Below are positions 53,163-64,000 of a stretch of 64,000 nt of DNA, one piece after another. The stretch lies in NCBI RefSeq assembly GCF_056746865.1, contig NZ_CM163382.1; one strand, given 5' to 3'. The number at the start of each line of letters is the position of its first letter. The stretch's first letter is position 1. Both the position numbers and the translations under genes were made by a program. The notes under the pieces were generated by a model, which saw only the letters and a program-made list of their open reading frames with translations, searched no databases and had not been told where the DNA came from.

Positions 53163-53769
53163 CACCTTAAGTGTCAGGGGCATTATCTCTGGCGCGGGTG
53201 TAGCTGCCGGAACGCTTGCTGCAAGCGTAGAATGAGGATAAACCACGGCGGTCGCCGCCGTTGCGGCGCTGACTTTAATCAGATCGCGACGGGTCAAACT
53301 AAAATCGTGCGGCTCGTGCTTCCCAACCCGATTATCTTCGGGGTATTCGCCTTGGTTGCTCATACCAGGCCTCCGGTATTCTAAAGGGGAAAATAAGAGA
53401 GCGTTGCGAGAGTGCTGATGCTTTTTTAAACGTTAAGCATAGTCGGTGAGAGCAGGAGGATTATTCTTAAAACGCGAATGCAGCTATGAGCCCGGCTAAT
53501 TAATTCATATTCGCCGATGACGGGAGCTCGTTTATTGCTTTAGTTGTGCGATGCAAAAACCGATAAGGAAACCTGTGATTGTCAGCTCTGCATCACCCTA
53601 CAAATCTTTGTCACTTCTAACATAAAAATAGGGAGAAATGATGGTGCTTATATTCATTGGCGATTAGGAAACTATCTTGTTATACAAAACAATACAGTTC
53701 TTTACATTTGTCTTGTTTTATGAATACTCCTGAAGAGGTGTATAACATAATGGTACAAGCAGGGTAGAT

Positions 53770-54384
53770 ATGAATATATTTGAACAAACTCCACCGAACC
53801 GCAGACGTTATGGTCTTGCTGCATTCATTGGGCTGATTGCTGGCGTTGTTTCCGCATTTGTGAAGTGGGGTGCTGAAGTTCCATTGCCGCCACGTAGCCC
53901 GGTGGATATGTTTAATGCAGCGTGTGGCCCGGAATCATTAATCAGGGCTGCTGGGCAAATTGATTGCTCCCGTAATTTTCTCAATCCTCCGTATATTTTT
54001 CTTCGAGACTGGCTAGGGCTGACAGATCCCAATGCGGCTGTTTATACCTTTGCCGGGCATGTCTTTAACTGGGTTGGCGTTACGCACATTATCTTTTCGA
54101 TAGTGTTTGCTGTCGGTTATTGTGTGGTTGCTGAAGTATTTCCAAAAATTAAACTCTGGCAGGGCTTACTGGCAGGTGCTTTAGCCCAACTTTTTGTTCA
54201 TATGATTTCATTCCCTCTCATGGGACTGACGCCACCTCTGTTTGATCTCCCGTGGTATGAGAATGTTTCTGAAATTTTTGGACATTTAGTCTGGTTCTGG
54301 TCCATTGAAATTATTCGCAGAGATTTACGAAACAGAATTACTCATGAGCCAGACCCTGAGATCCCTTTAGGCTCAAACAGATAA
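53770..54384 (+). CDS. yagU: Inner-membrane protein YagU (DUF1440)
   Basis: 204 aa with multiple TM helices, located between the pao and ecp genes. Confidence 0.85.
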
Positions 54385-54397
54385 TGCATTGAATAAT

Positions 54398-54426
54398 AAA
54401 AATGGCGCAAATGCAGCGCCATTTTT
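54398..54426. terminator. Bidirectional rho-independent terminator candidate between yagU and ykgJ
   Basis: AAAAATGGCGC-AAATGCA-GCGCCATTTTT: an 11-bp perfect stem flanked by A-runs and T-runs. Confidence 0.7.
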
Positions 54427-54632
54427 ATAGGTTAAAAACATTGCTTTTTACTTTCTGAAGCAGATAGCCAGTGAGTACATCGCGCTACTTCAGGATGCTG
54501 TAGATCCGGAGAACACTATAGAGGAAGAGGCATTGTTGCTGGCAGATGGAAGAAGTTTCGGGTTTTGTTATCCCTGAAAAACGAAGCCCCGCGGTTATAG
54601 CTGGCGGGGCAGTGCAATTAATTATTGCATAT

Positions 54633-54962
54633 TTATAACGGTGTCAGCCCGTATTTAGCTCTTGCACGATTGCAAGCCTCATTGACGACTCCGTTCTCAC
54701 CAGACATGGCGAATTCTCTGCATGTGGACGATCGATTTTTATATATCGTGCAGCAGGCATTTTTGCCCGGGGTTCCTGCAAGGGCAATACATCGGGGGTT
54801 TTTCTGATTGGTACCGCTCATGCATCGGTGAAAAGGGGATATTTGTTCAGTGAGCCTGGCGGGAATGGTACCGCCAGCATCGTCGGCTTCGGCCCAGTAA
54901 AAAGAGACGCGGAAAAATGCACAACAGGCACCACACGTCATGCATGGATTCAGATTGCTCAT
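54633..54962 (-). CDS. ykgJ: Cys-rich zinc/iron-chelating domain protein YkgJ
   Basis: 109 aa with CxxC clusters ([11 protein letters not shown]; CRCGAY-like). Confidence 0.8.
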
Positions 54963-55275
54963 AATTCACCAGTACAGCTATAAATCGTAAAGAGAACAGC
55001 GGTACATCGTATGTAAGAACGTACCGCGGTTGGCTGGGGAACTTTCGATAGTGTGAGTATTGAATGATTTCCAGCCGTTACCGATTTTACGTACTAATTC
55101 GTGAATAAACCACTCGTTAGCAGGCTGCCTGGCACCTTTCCGTGTCTCCTGAACACTATGGTGTACATATGAGAAAGCCCATCATTACAGGTGACATTGA
55201 CGATCGCTTCCACATCATTTAAACGATTATTTGAGTCTCTGAGGTGGAATTCTTCCCTCGACCGATGGATAAGTC

Positions 55276-55986
55276 TTAGTCCGCCGAAGGGGGCTTAGCC
55301 GGACAGGAATCGCTAATCTTAATGAATTTGTCGTTATAGACCAGATAATGATTCCCCGGCTGACGTAACTCAGGCTGATGAACCACGTCTCCCGGACGTA
55401 GATACCAGGCATCGCCTTCCTCTTCGGTCGAATCACATCCTGGCTTAATCAGTAGCTTAAACCATGTGTTGCCAGTGTTACTTACCGTTCCTGTCACCTT
55501 GTCGAAGGACCATTTAAACTGAACCTGACGAGGTCGTACTACCAGAATGGTATCCATCACCACCACCGGCTCCGTGCTAACCTCGCCGCCGGTTGGGCTG
55601 CGTCTTGTCTGGTTGCGAGTGGGGACCTCGCGAAATGAGACCCGGTAGTAGCGCTCGCGGTTATCCCGTGGACCATGATAGTAAAATTTAAAATACTCGC
55701 TCTCACCAGCCTGCAACGCCAGCTGGCGGGGGGCGAAAAGCAGTTCACCATCCACCGGTCGGGTGCGCAATTCACTGCTGCCCGGGCTATCGATAGCACT
55801 GATGGCAATACGGTATATCCGTGCGCTTTTGTTGTTATTCACTACACGTTTGCTGACAAAGTCAGTCTCGGACGGCAGCGAAAATGTCAGATTGCCGACC
55901 GAAATCGCCTGTGTCAAAGGTGCCGCCAGCATACAGACCGCTGTCAGCAGGGCCTTAGTTAATGTTACGCCACGTCGCCTGAACAT
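55276..55986 (-). CDS. ecpE: ECP (Mat) pilus chaperone EcpE
   Basis: The probable start at 55986 ([21 protein letters not shown]) gives 236 aa. It is the last gene of the ecpRABCDE string. Confidence 0.85.
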   Translation of the reverse strand: MFRRRGVTLTKALLTAVCMLAAPLTQAISVGNLTFSLPSETDFVSKRVVNNNKSARIYRIAISAIDSPGSSELRTRPVDGELLFAPRQLALQAGESEYFKFYYHGPRDNRERYYRVSFREVPTRNQTRRSPTGGEVSTEPVVVMDTILVVRPRQVQFKWSFDKVTGTVSNTGNTWFKLLIKPGCDSTEEEGDAWYLRPGDVVHQPELRQPGNHYLVYNDKFIKISDSCPAKPPSAD

Positions 55987-57598
55987 GAATCTCTCCTGAA
56001 GCGCTGACTTCGCCAAACCAGCCGTTATCATCTACCGTACGCAGAGAAATGGCGTTATCCATTGGAATCGAAAATTTGACTGTGGTCTTATCCATCTGCC
56101 CCACTTCGCCAGAGATATCAGTCCACGGTGTGGTCAACCACAGCGCATCGGTCATATCCCGCCAGCTATCATCGCACCCGGCATCGTAGGTTTTTGTAGC
56201 TCCGTTGCGGGTAATAAAGGAAAGTGTCGCCGGGAACGGTACTTTCGCCTTACCGTCATCGGAGCTGAAGACACAATAGGAGCGCCCGCCAATCACCTGC
56301 GCGGGTCCGGTCACCTTGATCAGCACTTCGTCGGCAGCTGTTTTACCGCTGGTGGTTACGATATAGCCGAAATCGAGTGCCGACTCGCCGCTGCCAACAT
56401 ATCCCTCCCGCGACGGTGTCTGAGTATATTCATCGGAGATAATACTGATGCTGAAATCACGGGGTTTGATAATCAGCGTGTTGGAGGTAGAAAATTCATA
56501 CCAGCCAGACTCCGGTGATGTGGTGTTCTGAAAGCGAAAGTTGAACAGATCTTTGGTGTTGATATCGCTGATCCCCAGGTTCACCATCTGCTTAAAGAAG
56601 TTGCTCGAGAAGAAAACATAGATCGAGTCTGCGCTCTTCATCTCGTTGAAGGTGTAGTAATAGGCAGTATTGCTCACCGGTTTCCATGAACTGCCATTCA
56701 GACTGAACTGCATATCGTACGCCCCGACGGCCGAGGCTAACGACGAGTTGGCGATCGCCGGGAAGATATGGATTGAGGTGTTGCTGAGTCCGTTTGTTTG
56801 CAGGGTATAGTTAACCATCTTACAACTTAATCCTGAACGGCTGCCGATGGTTTGCGTCCGGCAGTCGGCGTTCCCTTCGCCCAGAGTCGGTACTCCGTCG
56901 CTGTTGATAAACACCTCCGCCAGCGAGTGGGTATTTATCAACCGTAGATTTGCTGCTTTCGTATGGGTGACGTTGCGAACATACCAGTTGCCGGAGGCCT
57001 GATCCTTACAGCGTGCGCCGCTGCTGGCGTCATAGTTCACAGAGGTCTGGCAGGCATTGATGGTCATTGTAAAGCTGCTGCCGACGGGCATTTGTTGCAG
57101 ATACTGGTAAAACGCGTCTGACAACATGCCGTGCATCCACTTCGCGCCGCCGCTGGTCACCGTCGCGCCATAAAATCCACTGGCGTCGGTGGTTTGCGGC
57201 AGGATAAGACTGGTGGTCATATTACACCCTGCGTACCAGTTGATGCAGCGCAAGCCAGTTAAAGGAGATGAAACTGGTGAATTTTCCAGCCACATATCAA
57301 ACTTCCAGTTGGTATAAAGGCCGGTGTTGTAACCGTTATCAATGTAGCCGAGACTTTGCTGATAGATGGTTCCTGAACCATTGTATTTTAAACCGGTCCA
57401 GCGGTTGGCACCGGTCAGGCGCGGATCCAGCGCCCCGCCAGGCGTGACGAAAAAGTTGTCGTCTGAGTTGTTTTCGACAAACACAAACTCGCGTGCCGGA
57501 GCATCCGCCCAGGTTGTTTTGCTCACTGCCGCTCTGAGCGCGGTTGCAGGCCAGATTAGCGCAAAGATTATCATCGCTATCAGTAGGTTAACTCTCAT
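55955..57598 (-). CDS. ecpD: ECP pilus tip adhesin EcpD
   Basis: 547 aa with a signal peptide, between the usher and chaperone genes. Confidence 0.9.
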   Translation of the reverse strand: MRVNLLIAMIIFALIWPATALRAAVSKTTWADAPAREFVFVENNSDDNFFVTPGGALDPRLTGANRWTGLKYNGSGTIYQQSLGYIDNGYNTGLYTNWKFDMWLENSPVSSPLTGLRCINWYAGCNMTTSLILPQTTDASGFYGATVTSGGAKWMHGMLSDAFYQYLQQMPVGSSFTMTINACQTSVNYDASSGARCKDQASGNWYVRNVTHTKAANLRLINTHSLAEVFINSDGVPTLGEGNADCRTQTIGSRSGLSCKMVNYTLQTNGLSNTSIHIFPAIANSSLASAVGAYDMQFSLNGSSWKPVSNTAYYYTFNEMKSADSIYVFFSSNFFKQMVNLGISDINTKDLFNFRFQNTTSPESGWYEFSTSNTLIIKPRDFSISIISDEYTQTPSREGYVGSGESALDFGYIVTTSGKTAADEVLIKVTGPAQVIGGRSYCVFSSDDGKAKVPFPATLSFITRNGATKTYDAGCDDSWRDMTDALWLTTPWTDISGEVGQMDKTTVKFSIPMDNAISLRTVDDNGWFGEVSASGEIHVQATWRNIN

Positions 57599-60119
57599 TC
57601 TCTTCTCCTGTCTGCGTCACCGCCGCCCACGATGAGAGGCCGCTGCAGACCACATCACCGACCCAGACGGCACCGCGCGCCTGGTTGAGTTCCAGCGCCA
57701 CTTCGCAGGTTTTATTGCCACTGTAGCGAAAATCGATAGTGGGGTATTTCTTATCCACGTCCATGACAAACTCGCCGTTTTCATCGGTTCGAGTTCGGCC
57801 GATATGGTTGTTAATCCGTGCGTTAGCCAGCAGTGTGCCGTCTTCCGCACGGATACGACCGGAGACGGTAACCATCTGCTTCACTTCTGGCTCAATGACA
57901 GCGACATTGCCTGGATAGAGAGTCAGATGACTTTTGCGGCCGCTGACGATATCGTAGCTGTCGAGTGAGTTTTTGCTGTTCTGTAACTCCACCTCATATC
58001 TCCCATAGGGAGAGAGCGGGAGATAGTTACGCTTGCCGTTAAGCGGGAAAATCCGCCCGTTGATTTTGGCGCTGATCTGACCATCGTTCTCCAGGCCAGT
58101 GTCGAATATCACCCCAGCGTTGCCATCGGTCTGCCCGCTGGCAGCGATGTTTTTACCCTGCCAGCCGATGCTGCCGTTGGCGGTCAAATTGGTATTGATG
58201 TAGCCGTCCGCCGCGCTATTGACGTTCAGCGTTCCGCTGGCGTAACGAGCGTCGAACTGTGCATACGCCCCACCGCTGAGGGTTTTGTCATCACCGGTAT
58301 CGCCGGAGATGGCTCGTGACAGATTGGCACCAACAGTGCGAATGGTTCCTTCATCAAACTGTTTGCGTGCTGACAGGTTTGCCATGGTGTAGCCGTTTTG
58401 ATGGGTCATCCCTGCGCTAAACCAGTTGCCCAGTGGTAGCGAGAGATCGAGAGCGATATATTTCCCTGTATTGGCGCTGCTGTCGCCGTTGTTATAGCGC
58501 TGAATACCGGCCCGCAGGCCAAGCGAACCAAAGGTACCGCTGTAGACACTTTGATAGTAATCTGCCGTGTAATAATGGCTGTTGTAGCGGCGGTCATCAT
58601 TGTAGCTGATGCTGAACGTACCCAGCTTCGACCACAGTGAGTTCAGGTTGAGTGTGCCGCCGATTGCACGGTTGTCGGCATCGCTACGTCGCAATTGATT
58701 GCCAATGCGGGTTTTTTCCTGGTTAACCCACAGCGAACTGAAGCCTCCAGGTAGAGTGGCGCTGATGCTGGCGATGTTGCTCCATGAGCTGTCACTGGCC
58801 AGCATGTTTTGCAGGTTAACGTTGATCGCCCCCCCAAGCGGCAGCGTCAGACGGGTTTCACCCACCGCCTGATTATCGTATCCATATCCCGTTGCCGCCC
58901 AGCTAAGCGTACTCAGTGAGCCGGAGGTCGAGGCACCTGCCAGCCAACTCTCTTTAGCTGGTCGCGTCTTTTTCCCGTTTTCCGACCAGCGATCCATATG
59001 AAAGCTACCGCCCCATATCTGCCACGCCAGTGGTGCACCGACGCCGCGCCCCCGGCTAAACAGCTTATTGACCCGTTGAGTGCGTTTGCTGATCACGCGA
59101 CCGTTAACGATGACCTCAACTTCCACATCGTAAATACCGTACGGTAGACCCCGGGTATCCACTTCATGATTGCCCATGGTGAAGTTCTGAACGCTTAGTA
59201 GCCGCCCATCACGGGTGAGATGTACTTCGCCCGCCGCCGGTAAAAAGGCGATCACTGGCGTGGCTGACTGGCTGCTGTCGAAGATGGTGGAGCTGGCCTG
59301 GTTTCCCCAGGAAAGGCCGTAAATCTTCCCTGCTGAAATGGCGGTCATCGGCCCTAAGGACTGCAAGTTCCAGGTATCGAGCATTCCACCGGCAAATCGG
59401 TGACCGGCAAAATCGCGTTCATACATCGCTTTATATAATTCACTGTCCTGTTGACCGCTACCGATCCCGTACAGCGAGCCGTCGAGCACCACGTGATGTT
59501 CGCGCAGTGCAGTAACGTTATTCAGCGACAGATAGCTGGATGTGTTGCTCCCGCCGTTACGCAACTGGTTGTTATAGACGCCGAAGTTATAGCTCAGATT
59601 ACTGCTGAGGGTGTTAACACTGGACTGCCCGATGTCTTCGCTACGTGAGCGTAGTACGGTGCCCAGCGCTTCGCGCTTGACCACCAGCTGCAGCAGCAGT
59701 TGGCGCAAGCTGAGATCCAGCTGCGCGTTGTCAGTCAGGGGGATGGTAAGGGCCTCATTGAACGGGGCGTTCGCCAGAGCCATCAGCTGCTGTCGAGTTT
59801 GTTCGCTGACACTGGCGTTATCTTCACTCTCTTCCAGCTGTATTTTCCGGATGCGTAGCTGTCCATCATCCAGCCAGATAAAAGCGCTGCCGATTCGCTG
59901 ATCGTCCTGGCGCCCCTGGCTACCGGCGAGATGAATATAAAGTGGGACGCTCATGCCGTCCTGAAGCGCCTGACTGAAGGCCTGCGGAATAATCACCCCA
60001 CCTATTTGCTGCGCACTTATGTCAGCAGCGCTGGCATCGGGCTGAACGAACAAAAAGACCATGCCGAAGGCAAACTGGGCTTTCAGTCCTGGGGAGAACC
60101 GTCGTAAAGGCATTGTCAT
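57588..60119 (-). CDS. ecpC: ECP pilus outer-membrane usher EcpC
   Basis: About 841 aa usher-sized beta-barrel protein. Confidence 0.9.
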   Translation of the reverse strand: MTMPLRRFSPGLKAQFAFGMVFLFVQPDASAADISAQQIGGVIIPQAFSQALQDGMSVPLYIHLAGSQGRQDDQRIGSAFIWLDDGQLRIRKIQLEESEDNASVSEQTRQQLMALANAPFNEALTIPLTDNAQLDLSLRQLLLQLVVKREALGTVLRSRSEDIGQSSVNTLSSNLSYNFGVYNNQLRNGGSNTSSYLSLNNVTALREHHVVLDGSLYGIGSGQQDSELYKAMYERDFAGHRFAGGMLDTWNLQSLGPMTAISAGKIYGLSWGNQASSTIFDSSQSATPVIAFLPAAGEVHLTRDGRLLSVQNFTMGNHEVDTRGLPYGIYDVEVEVIVNGRVISKRTQRVNKLFSRGRGVGAPLAWQIWGGSFHMDRWSENGKKTRPAKESWLAGASTSGSLSTLSWAATGYGYDNQAVGETRLTLPLGGAINVNLQNMLASDSSWSNIASISATLPGGFSSLWVNQEKTRIGNQLRRSDADNRAIGGTLNLNSLWSKLGTFSISYNDDRRYNSHYYTADYYQSVYSGTFGSLGLRAGIQRYNNGDSSANTGKYIALDLSLPLGNWFSAGMTHQNGYTMANLSARKQFDEGTIRTVGANLSRAISGDTGDDKTLSGGAYAQFDARYASGTLNVNSAADGYINTNLTANGSIGWQGKNIAASGQTDGNAGVIFDTGLENDGQISAKINGRIFPLNGKRNYLPLSPYGRYEVELQNSKNSLDSYDIVSGRKSHLTLYPGNVAVIEPEVKQMVTVSGRIRAEDGTLLANARINNHIGRTRTDENGEFVMDVDKKYPTIDFRYSGNKTCEVALELNQARGAVWVGDVVCSGLSSWAAVTQTGEENES

Positions 60120-60138
60120 TATCCATCTGCACAGCTAT

Positions 60139-60807
60139 CTATTTCACGGGAATGAACTTATCACCCTGCCAAAGTGCAACCCGTCCTTTGTTATCCGCCG
60201 TGTCCACGCGGGTAAAACGACGCGACTTGCCCGGCATCAGGTAGTAATTCTCTTTACACTCCTTACCATTGGCGGCTTTCAGGCAGGGGCCGTAGGCGAG
60301 GATCCGCAGCGTCGCATTTCCTGTATTTGTCAGGGAGCCGTTGGCGTACTGAAAGTGGTAGTTCGCCTGGCGGGGGGCGACGACCAGAATGGTGCCGATG
60401 CGGGCGGAAGCAGTGGCCACAGCGCTACGGTTGGCATTATCGCGCTGCGCATCACTGAGGGCCTGATCAAACCAGACAATGCGGTAGTAGCGCTCTTTTT
60501 CATCTGCTGGTCCCTTATAGAAGAAGCGGATCACTTCGCTGGCTTGGGCGGGTAGCAGCAAGCTGGCGGGAGTGAGTAGCAACTCATCCGGCTTGTCCAT
60601 TGCGATAACCTGCCCGTCGTCAAGCGGTGAAGAGAGCCGTTCGAGACGGATATTGATGAGGCGGCCACTGTCGGTACTGTTTTGGATCGTTTTGCTCAGC
60701 GTGCTGCTGTCACTGTTCATAAACGATGATATATCGCCGACATCCAGCGCCTGGGCCGGAGATATTCCGGAAAACAGCAGAGCGAGAGGCAGAAGGTGCT
60801 TTTTCAT
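60139..60807 (-). CDS. ecpB: ECP pilus periplasmic chaperone EcpB
   Basis: 222 aa with a signal peptide, downstream of ecpA. Confidence 0.9.
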
Positions 60808-60821
60808 AACAATTCCGTCCA

Positions 60822-60850
60822 GGAATAAAGCAGGGGGGCTACCCCTGCTG
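60822..60850 (-). terminator. Stem-loop / attenuator-like terminator between ecpA and ecpB
   Basis: The minus strand reads AGCAGGGGTAGCCCCCCTGCTTTATTCC: a GC-rich hairpin followed by a T-rich run, directly after the ecpA stop. Confidence 0.6.
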
Positions 60851-60864
60851 GTACATCAGAGAGA

Positions 60865-61452
60865 TTAACTGGTCCAGGTCGCGTCGAACTGTACGCTAAC
60901 GTCGCCGCTCCAGATGCCTTCCGGTAGAGTGCTGTAATCGGTTACTGCGGTGGTACCATTGGTGGTGCCGCTGATGATGGAGAAAGTGAAACCATCCTGT
61001 GCGGTGGTACGATTGCTGGCATTGTAACCGTTAGCCAGTGGGCTAAGGTTGCCGCCCAGTACGCCGTTGGCGGTATCGATCATCACGGTATCGCCAGTTT
61101 TTTCGACTGCCGCGCCGTTATAATCCACGCCCACATTCAGTGTGGAACCTGAGGTATCCAACTGGGTTAAGGTGTTGGTGATAAGACGTGAGGTCAGTTT
61201 AAAGGCGGTAGCCGTTGAGTCACCCTCGATAGCCACGTCAAATAGACCTTTCTGTGAGTTAAAACCTTTAATGCCTTCGGCATACTGGAACGCCAGGCTA
61301 CCGAGTGGCGTCACAACCAGCTTACTGGTGGTGTCTTTTTTGGCTGTTGCTGACCAGGTCGCTACAGCCTGAGCTGTTACGTCAGCAGCCTGCGCCACAC
61401 CTGAACCGGTAAACACCGTTACCAGAGCTATTGCCAGAACCTTTTTTTTCAT
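60865..61452 (-). CDS. ecpA: ECP (Mat) major pilin subunit EcpA
   Basis: 195 aa with a signal peptide ([22 protein letters not shown]), second gene after ecpR. Confidence 0.9.
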   Translation of the reverse strand: MKKKVLAIALVTVFTGSGVAQAADVTAQAVATWSATAKKDTTSKLVVTPLGSLAFQYAEGIKGFNSQKGLFDVAIEGDSTATAFKLTSRLITNTLTQLDTSGSTLNVGVDYNGAAVEKTGDTVMIDTANGVLGGNLSPLANGYNASNRTTAQDGFTFSIISGTTNGTTAVTDYSTLPEGIWSGDVSVQFDATWTS

Positions 61453-61526
61453 TGCTTTTCTTCCCGAGTTGAATTGAGGACGTGATGTCCCTGTGAGTCA
61501 TTTTTTAAAACTAACTTGCCTGGAGT

Positions 61527-62138
<612 letters not shown>

Positions 62139-63040
62139 TTACAGGTACATTCAGTTTCTTTAGTAAATCGGAAGTAAATAAGATACGTAGCACATATCAA
62201 TATAGGTTAAACGAGATTAAGTTTTAATTATTTTCGATTGGGCTTAAATTTATGTTTTTTTCCTGATGAGTGTCAATATGTGAACAGAAAAGGAATTCCA
62301 TGGTTAAGTCAATATTTACAAAAAATGAAAATATTGCTTTTTTGATAAGAAGAAAAAGACATTCAGTTTCATAAGGTTATTGGCAATATAACGTTCAATT
62401 CTTACTTGCATTTTATATTAGCCAGGAACTTTGCCCTGAGGTGTTAGGAATAGTCTTAATGTGTTGTGTAATGGACTAGTAAAAAAACAAGTTTAAATGA
62501 TAAGAAATAGAATATAAAACTATAATGAGTCATAATTAAAGATGATTTGCCAATCAGTAAAGTGTTTTAATGGATTAACATGCCGCACAAAATGGTTATG
62601 GGTGTTCATTCCAATAAGTGATGAAAAATTAAACAGGTGTAAGTACGTCATCTGTCCGGTAAGCCCCCTAAGAGCCAAATTAAGTGAAGTTAAACGAAGA
62701 CTGCCAGTTGTCACAGGAACGATGGCCTCTTTGCCAGGGCACTGCATTCAGTCATCTGTGCGCGTTACTCTAACTGGCACTCGAACGTCGGCGATGGGGT
62801 TACCGGTGGATCAGGCCGTTCCTGTGGCGTAAACGTTTTTATGTCAGTACCAACAGATTTACCACATTTATCATCTTAACCGTTTGAGTGTAAATGCAGG
62901 CTGCGTCGCAAAGGGAGGAAACTGAGTGGCGTGTTCAGTCTAAAAGAGAGTTGATGCCAGCATACAGGGCGCACCTGGTCAACAAGTCAACATTAATATA
63001 ATGGAATATTCGGAGAGAAACGTCAGGCAGTTGACCTTAA

Positions 63041-63193
63041 ATGAACAGGAAGATACATCCCCAGGAAAATTAATGCTGGTGTAATAAATACACCAACATT
63101 AATCCGGTCTGATTATTAATCAGACAAATATCGTTAATTCGTCGAATTTTGAATCAACGTTTTTTCTTACGACCCTGAACGGCCTTAAAACGT
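63041..63193. repeat. Copy B, part 1 of the duplicated segment (matches 43165..43315)
   Basis: Visible alignment, e.g. ATGAACAGGAAGATACATCCCC...TTAATCAGACAAATATCGTTAATTCGTCGAATT...TTTTTCTTACGACCCTGAAC. It overlaps the 3' end of ykgO. Confidence 0.75.
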
Positions 63194-63293
63194 GGATTAG
63201 ATTTACAAATCACATATAGCCGTCCTTTTCGCTTCACAATCTGACAGTCTGGATGGCGTTCTTTTGCGGTACGCAGAGAGTTAAGGACTTTCA
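63153..63293 (-). CDS. ykgO: Ribosomal protein L36 paralog (zinc-independent type)
   Basis: 46 aa [18 protein letters not shown]...AVQGRKKKR. Its start overlaps the ykgM stop. Confidence 0.8.
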
Positions 63294-63560
63294 TCATGCC
63301 CCCTTTTTCGTGCTAACAAAACGACCAAAACGTTGGGTGAATCGTGCAACATTTCCTTCTGATGCCACTGTTCTCAGCTTCCCTGTATAGAACGGGTGCG
63401 ATTTAGAAGAGACATCAATTGTCACGTACGGATACGTTACGCCATCCAGCTCAATCTCACGGTCTGTTTTGATAGTCGAGCCGATTTTAAAGTACTCATC
63501 AACACTGGTGTCATGGAACACCACAGTACGATACTCAGGATGGATATTGGGTTTCATCAT
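63294..63560 (-). CDS. ykgM: Ribosomal protein L31 paralog (type B, non-zinc-binding)
   Basis: 88 aa [19 protein letters not shown]... lacking the CxxC zinc ribbon, with a Zur box immediately upstream. Confidence 0.9.
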
Positions 63561-63568
63561 TTTTACCT

Positions 63569-63586
63569 GTTATGTTATAACATAAC
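63569..63586. promoter_or_regulatory. Zur box (zinc-uptake-regulator operator) for ykgM-ykgO
   Basis: Perfect 18-bp palindrome GTTATGTTATAACATAAC, 9 nt upstream of the ykgM start. Confidence 0.8.
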
Positions 63587-63610
63587 CGTAAAGATACATG
63601 CTCATCCGGA

Positions 63611-63844
63611 TCATTTCAACACCCAATCCCTGTGACCATTTGTGGTATGTGGAATTTCCTCAACGGGGAAGTCTGGCATTGTTAACAGCCATTGGCTGAC
63701 GCTCCCATAAACGCCTGGATGAGTGATTGATGATGGTTTCGCTGAGAGTATGGATTTTTCGAGAATGGAGGTTATCTCCACTTTACTGGCCGATGATTTA
63801 TCGCAGTATGATTGATTACCTGACAGCGTGTATTCCTCTCCCAC
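63611..63844 (-). CDS. Hypothetical small protein upstream of ykgM
   Basis: 77-aa ORF with no recognised motif. Confidence 0.3.
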   Translation of the reverse strand: MGEEYTLSGNQSYCDKSSASKVEITSILEKSILSAKPSSITHPGVYGSVSQWLLTMPDFPVEEIPHTTNGHRDWVLK

Positions 63845-63889
63845 GGATATAATAATTACTTACAAAAAGGGAGAGGATGCATATTTTAA

Positions 63890-64000
63890 ATATCACTGAA
63901 GTGAACAGTTTATTGCCGTTATTAATAGAAATGGAAAAATAAATAGGCGTATTCTACAATTGCGACAAAAACAACGATATTAATCAGTTTATGACTGATT
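63890..64000. repeat. Copy B, part 2 of the duplicated segment (matches 43319..43431)
   Basis: CATATTTTAAATATCACTGAAGTGAACAGTTTATTGCCGTTATTAATAGA... is about 90% identical by eye to 43319..43431. It runs to the window edge. Confidence 0.75.

Overview
This window reads as an Escherichia coli-type chromosomal segment in four blocks, all inferred from the sequence and the ORF track without database searches. (1) 1-29.7 kb: the distal two-thirds of a second, lateral-type flagellar cluster (Flag-2-like; lfiF-J, lfgN/M/A, lfgB-L, lafW/Z, lafA-F, lafS/T/U). Every structural gene appears intact, with sigma-54 promoters, REP/BIME elements and an unusual G/C-rich nested-palindrome repeat between genes. 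Three non-flagellar modules sit inside it: a TagD-like cytidylyltransferase with a convergent ~820-aa three-domain glycosyltransferase (GT2, GT25, TagF-like), a HigB/HigA-like toxin-antitoxin pair, and a low-GC membrane-anchored ToxR/CadC-like regulator next to the flagellin gene. The glycosyltransferase module is the best candidate for an uncharacterised system, possibly a glycerol-phosphate-containing modification of lateral flagellin. (2) 29.7-42.7 kb: conserved backbone dinB (with LexA box), yafN, yafO (premature amber stop), yafP, an intact rtcB-prfH pair, pepD, gpt, frsA, crl, phoE (with Pho box), proBA and tRNA-Thr (thrW). (3) 42.7-54.5 kb: no integrase or prophage follows thrW; instead a LysR fragment, an intact LysR regulator, a secreted alpha/beta-hydrolase, an MFS transporter, and paoABCD with paoA split by an IS3-family element (IS911-like, 1258 bp, 3-bp target duplication). 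(4) 54.5-64 kb: yagU, ykgJ, the ecpRABCDE pilus operon and the Zur-regulated ykgM-ykgO paralogs. A ~270-bp sequence is present as direct repeats at 43.2 kb and 63.0-64.0 kb, bracketing the last ~20 kb.
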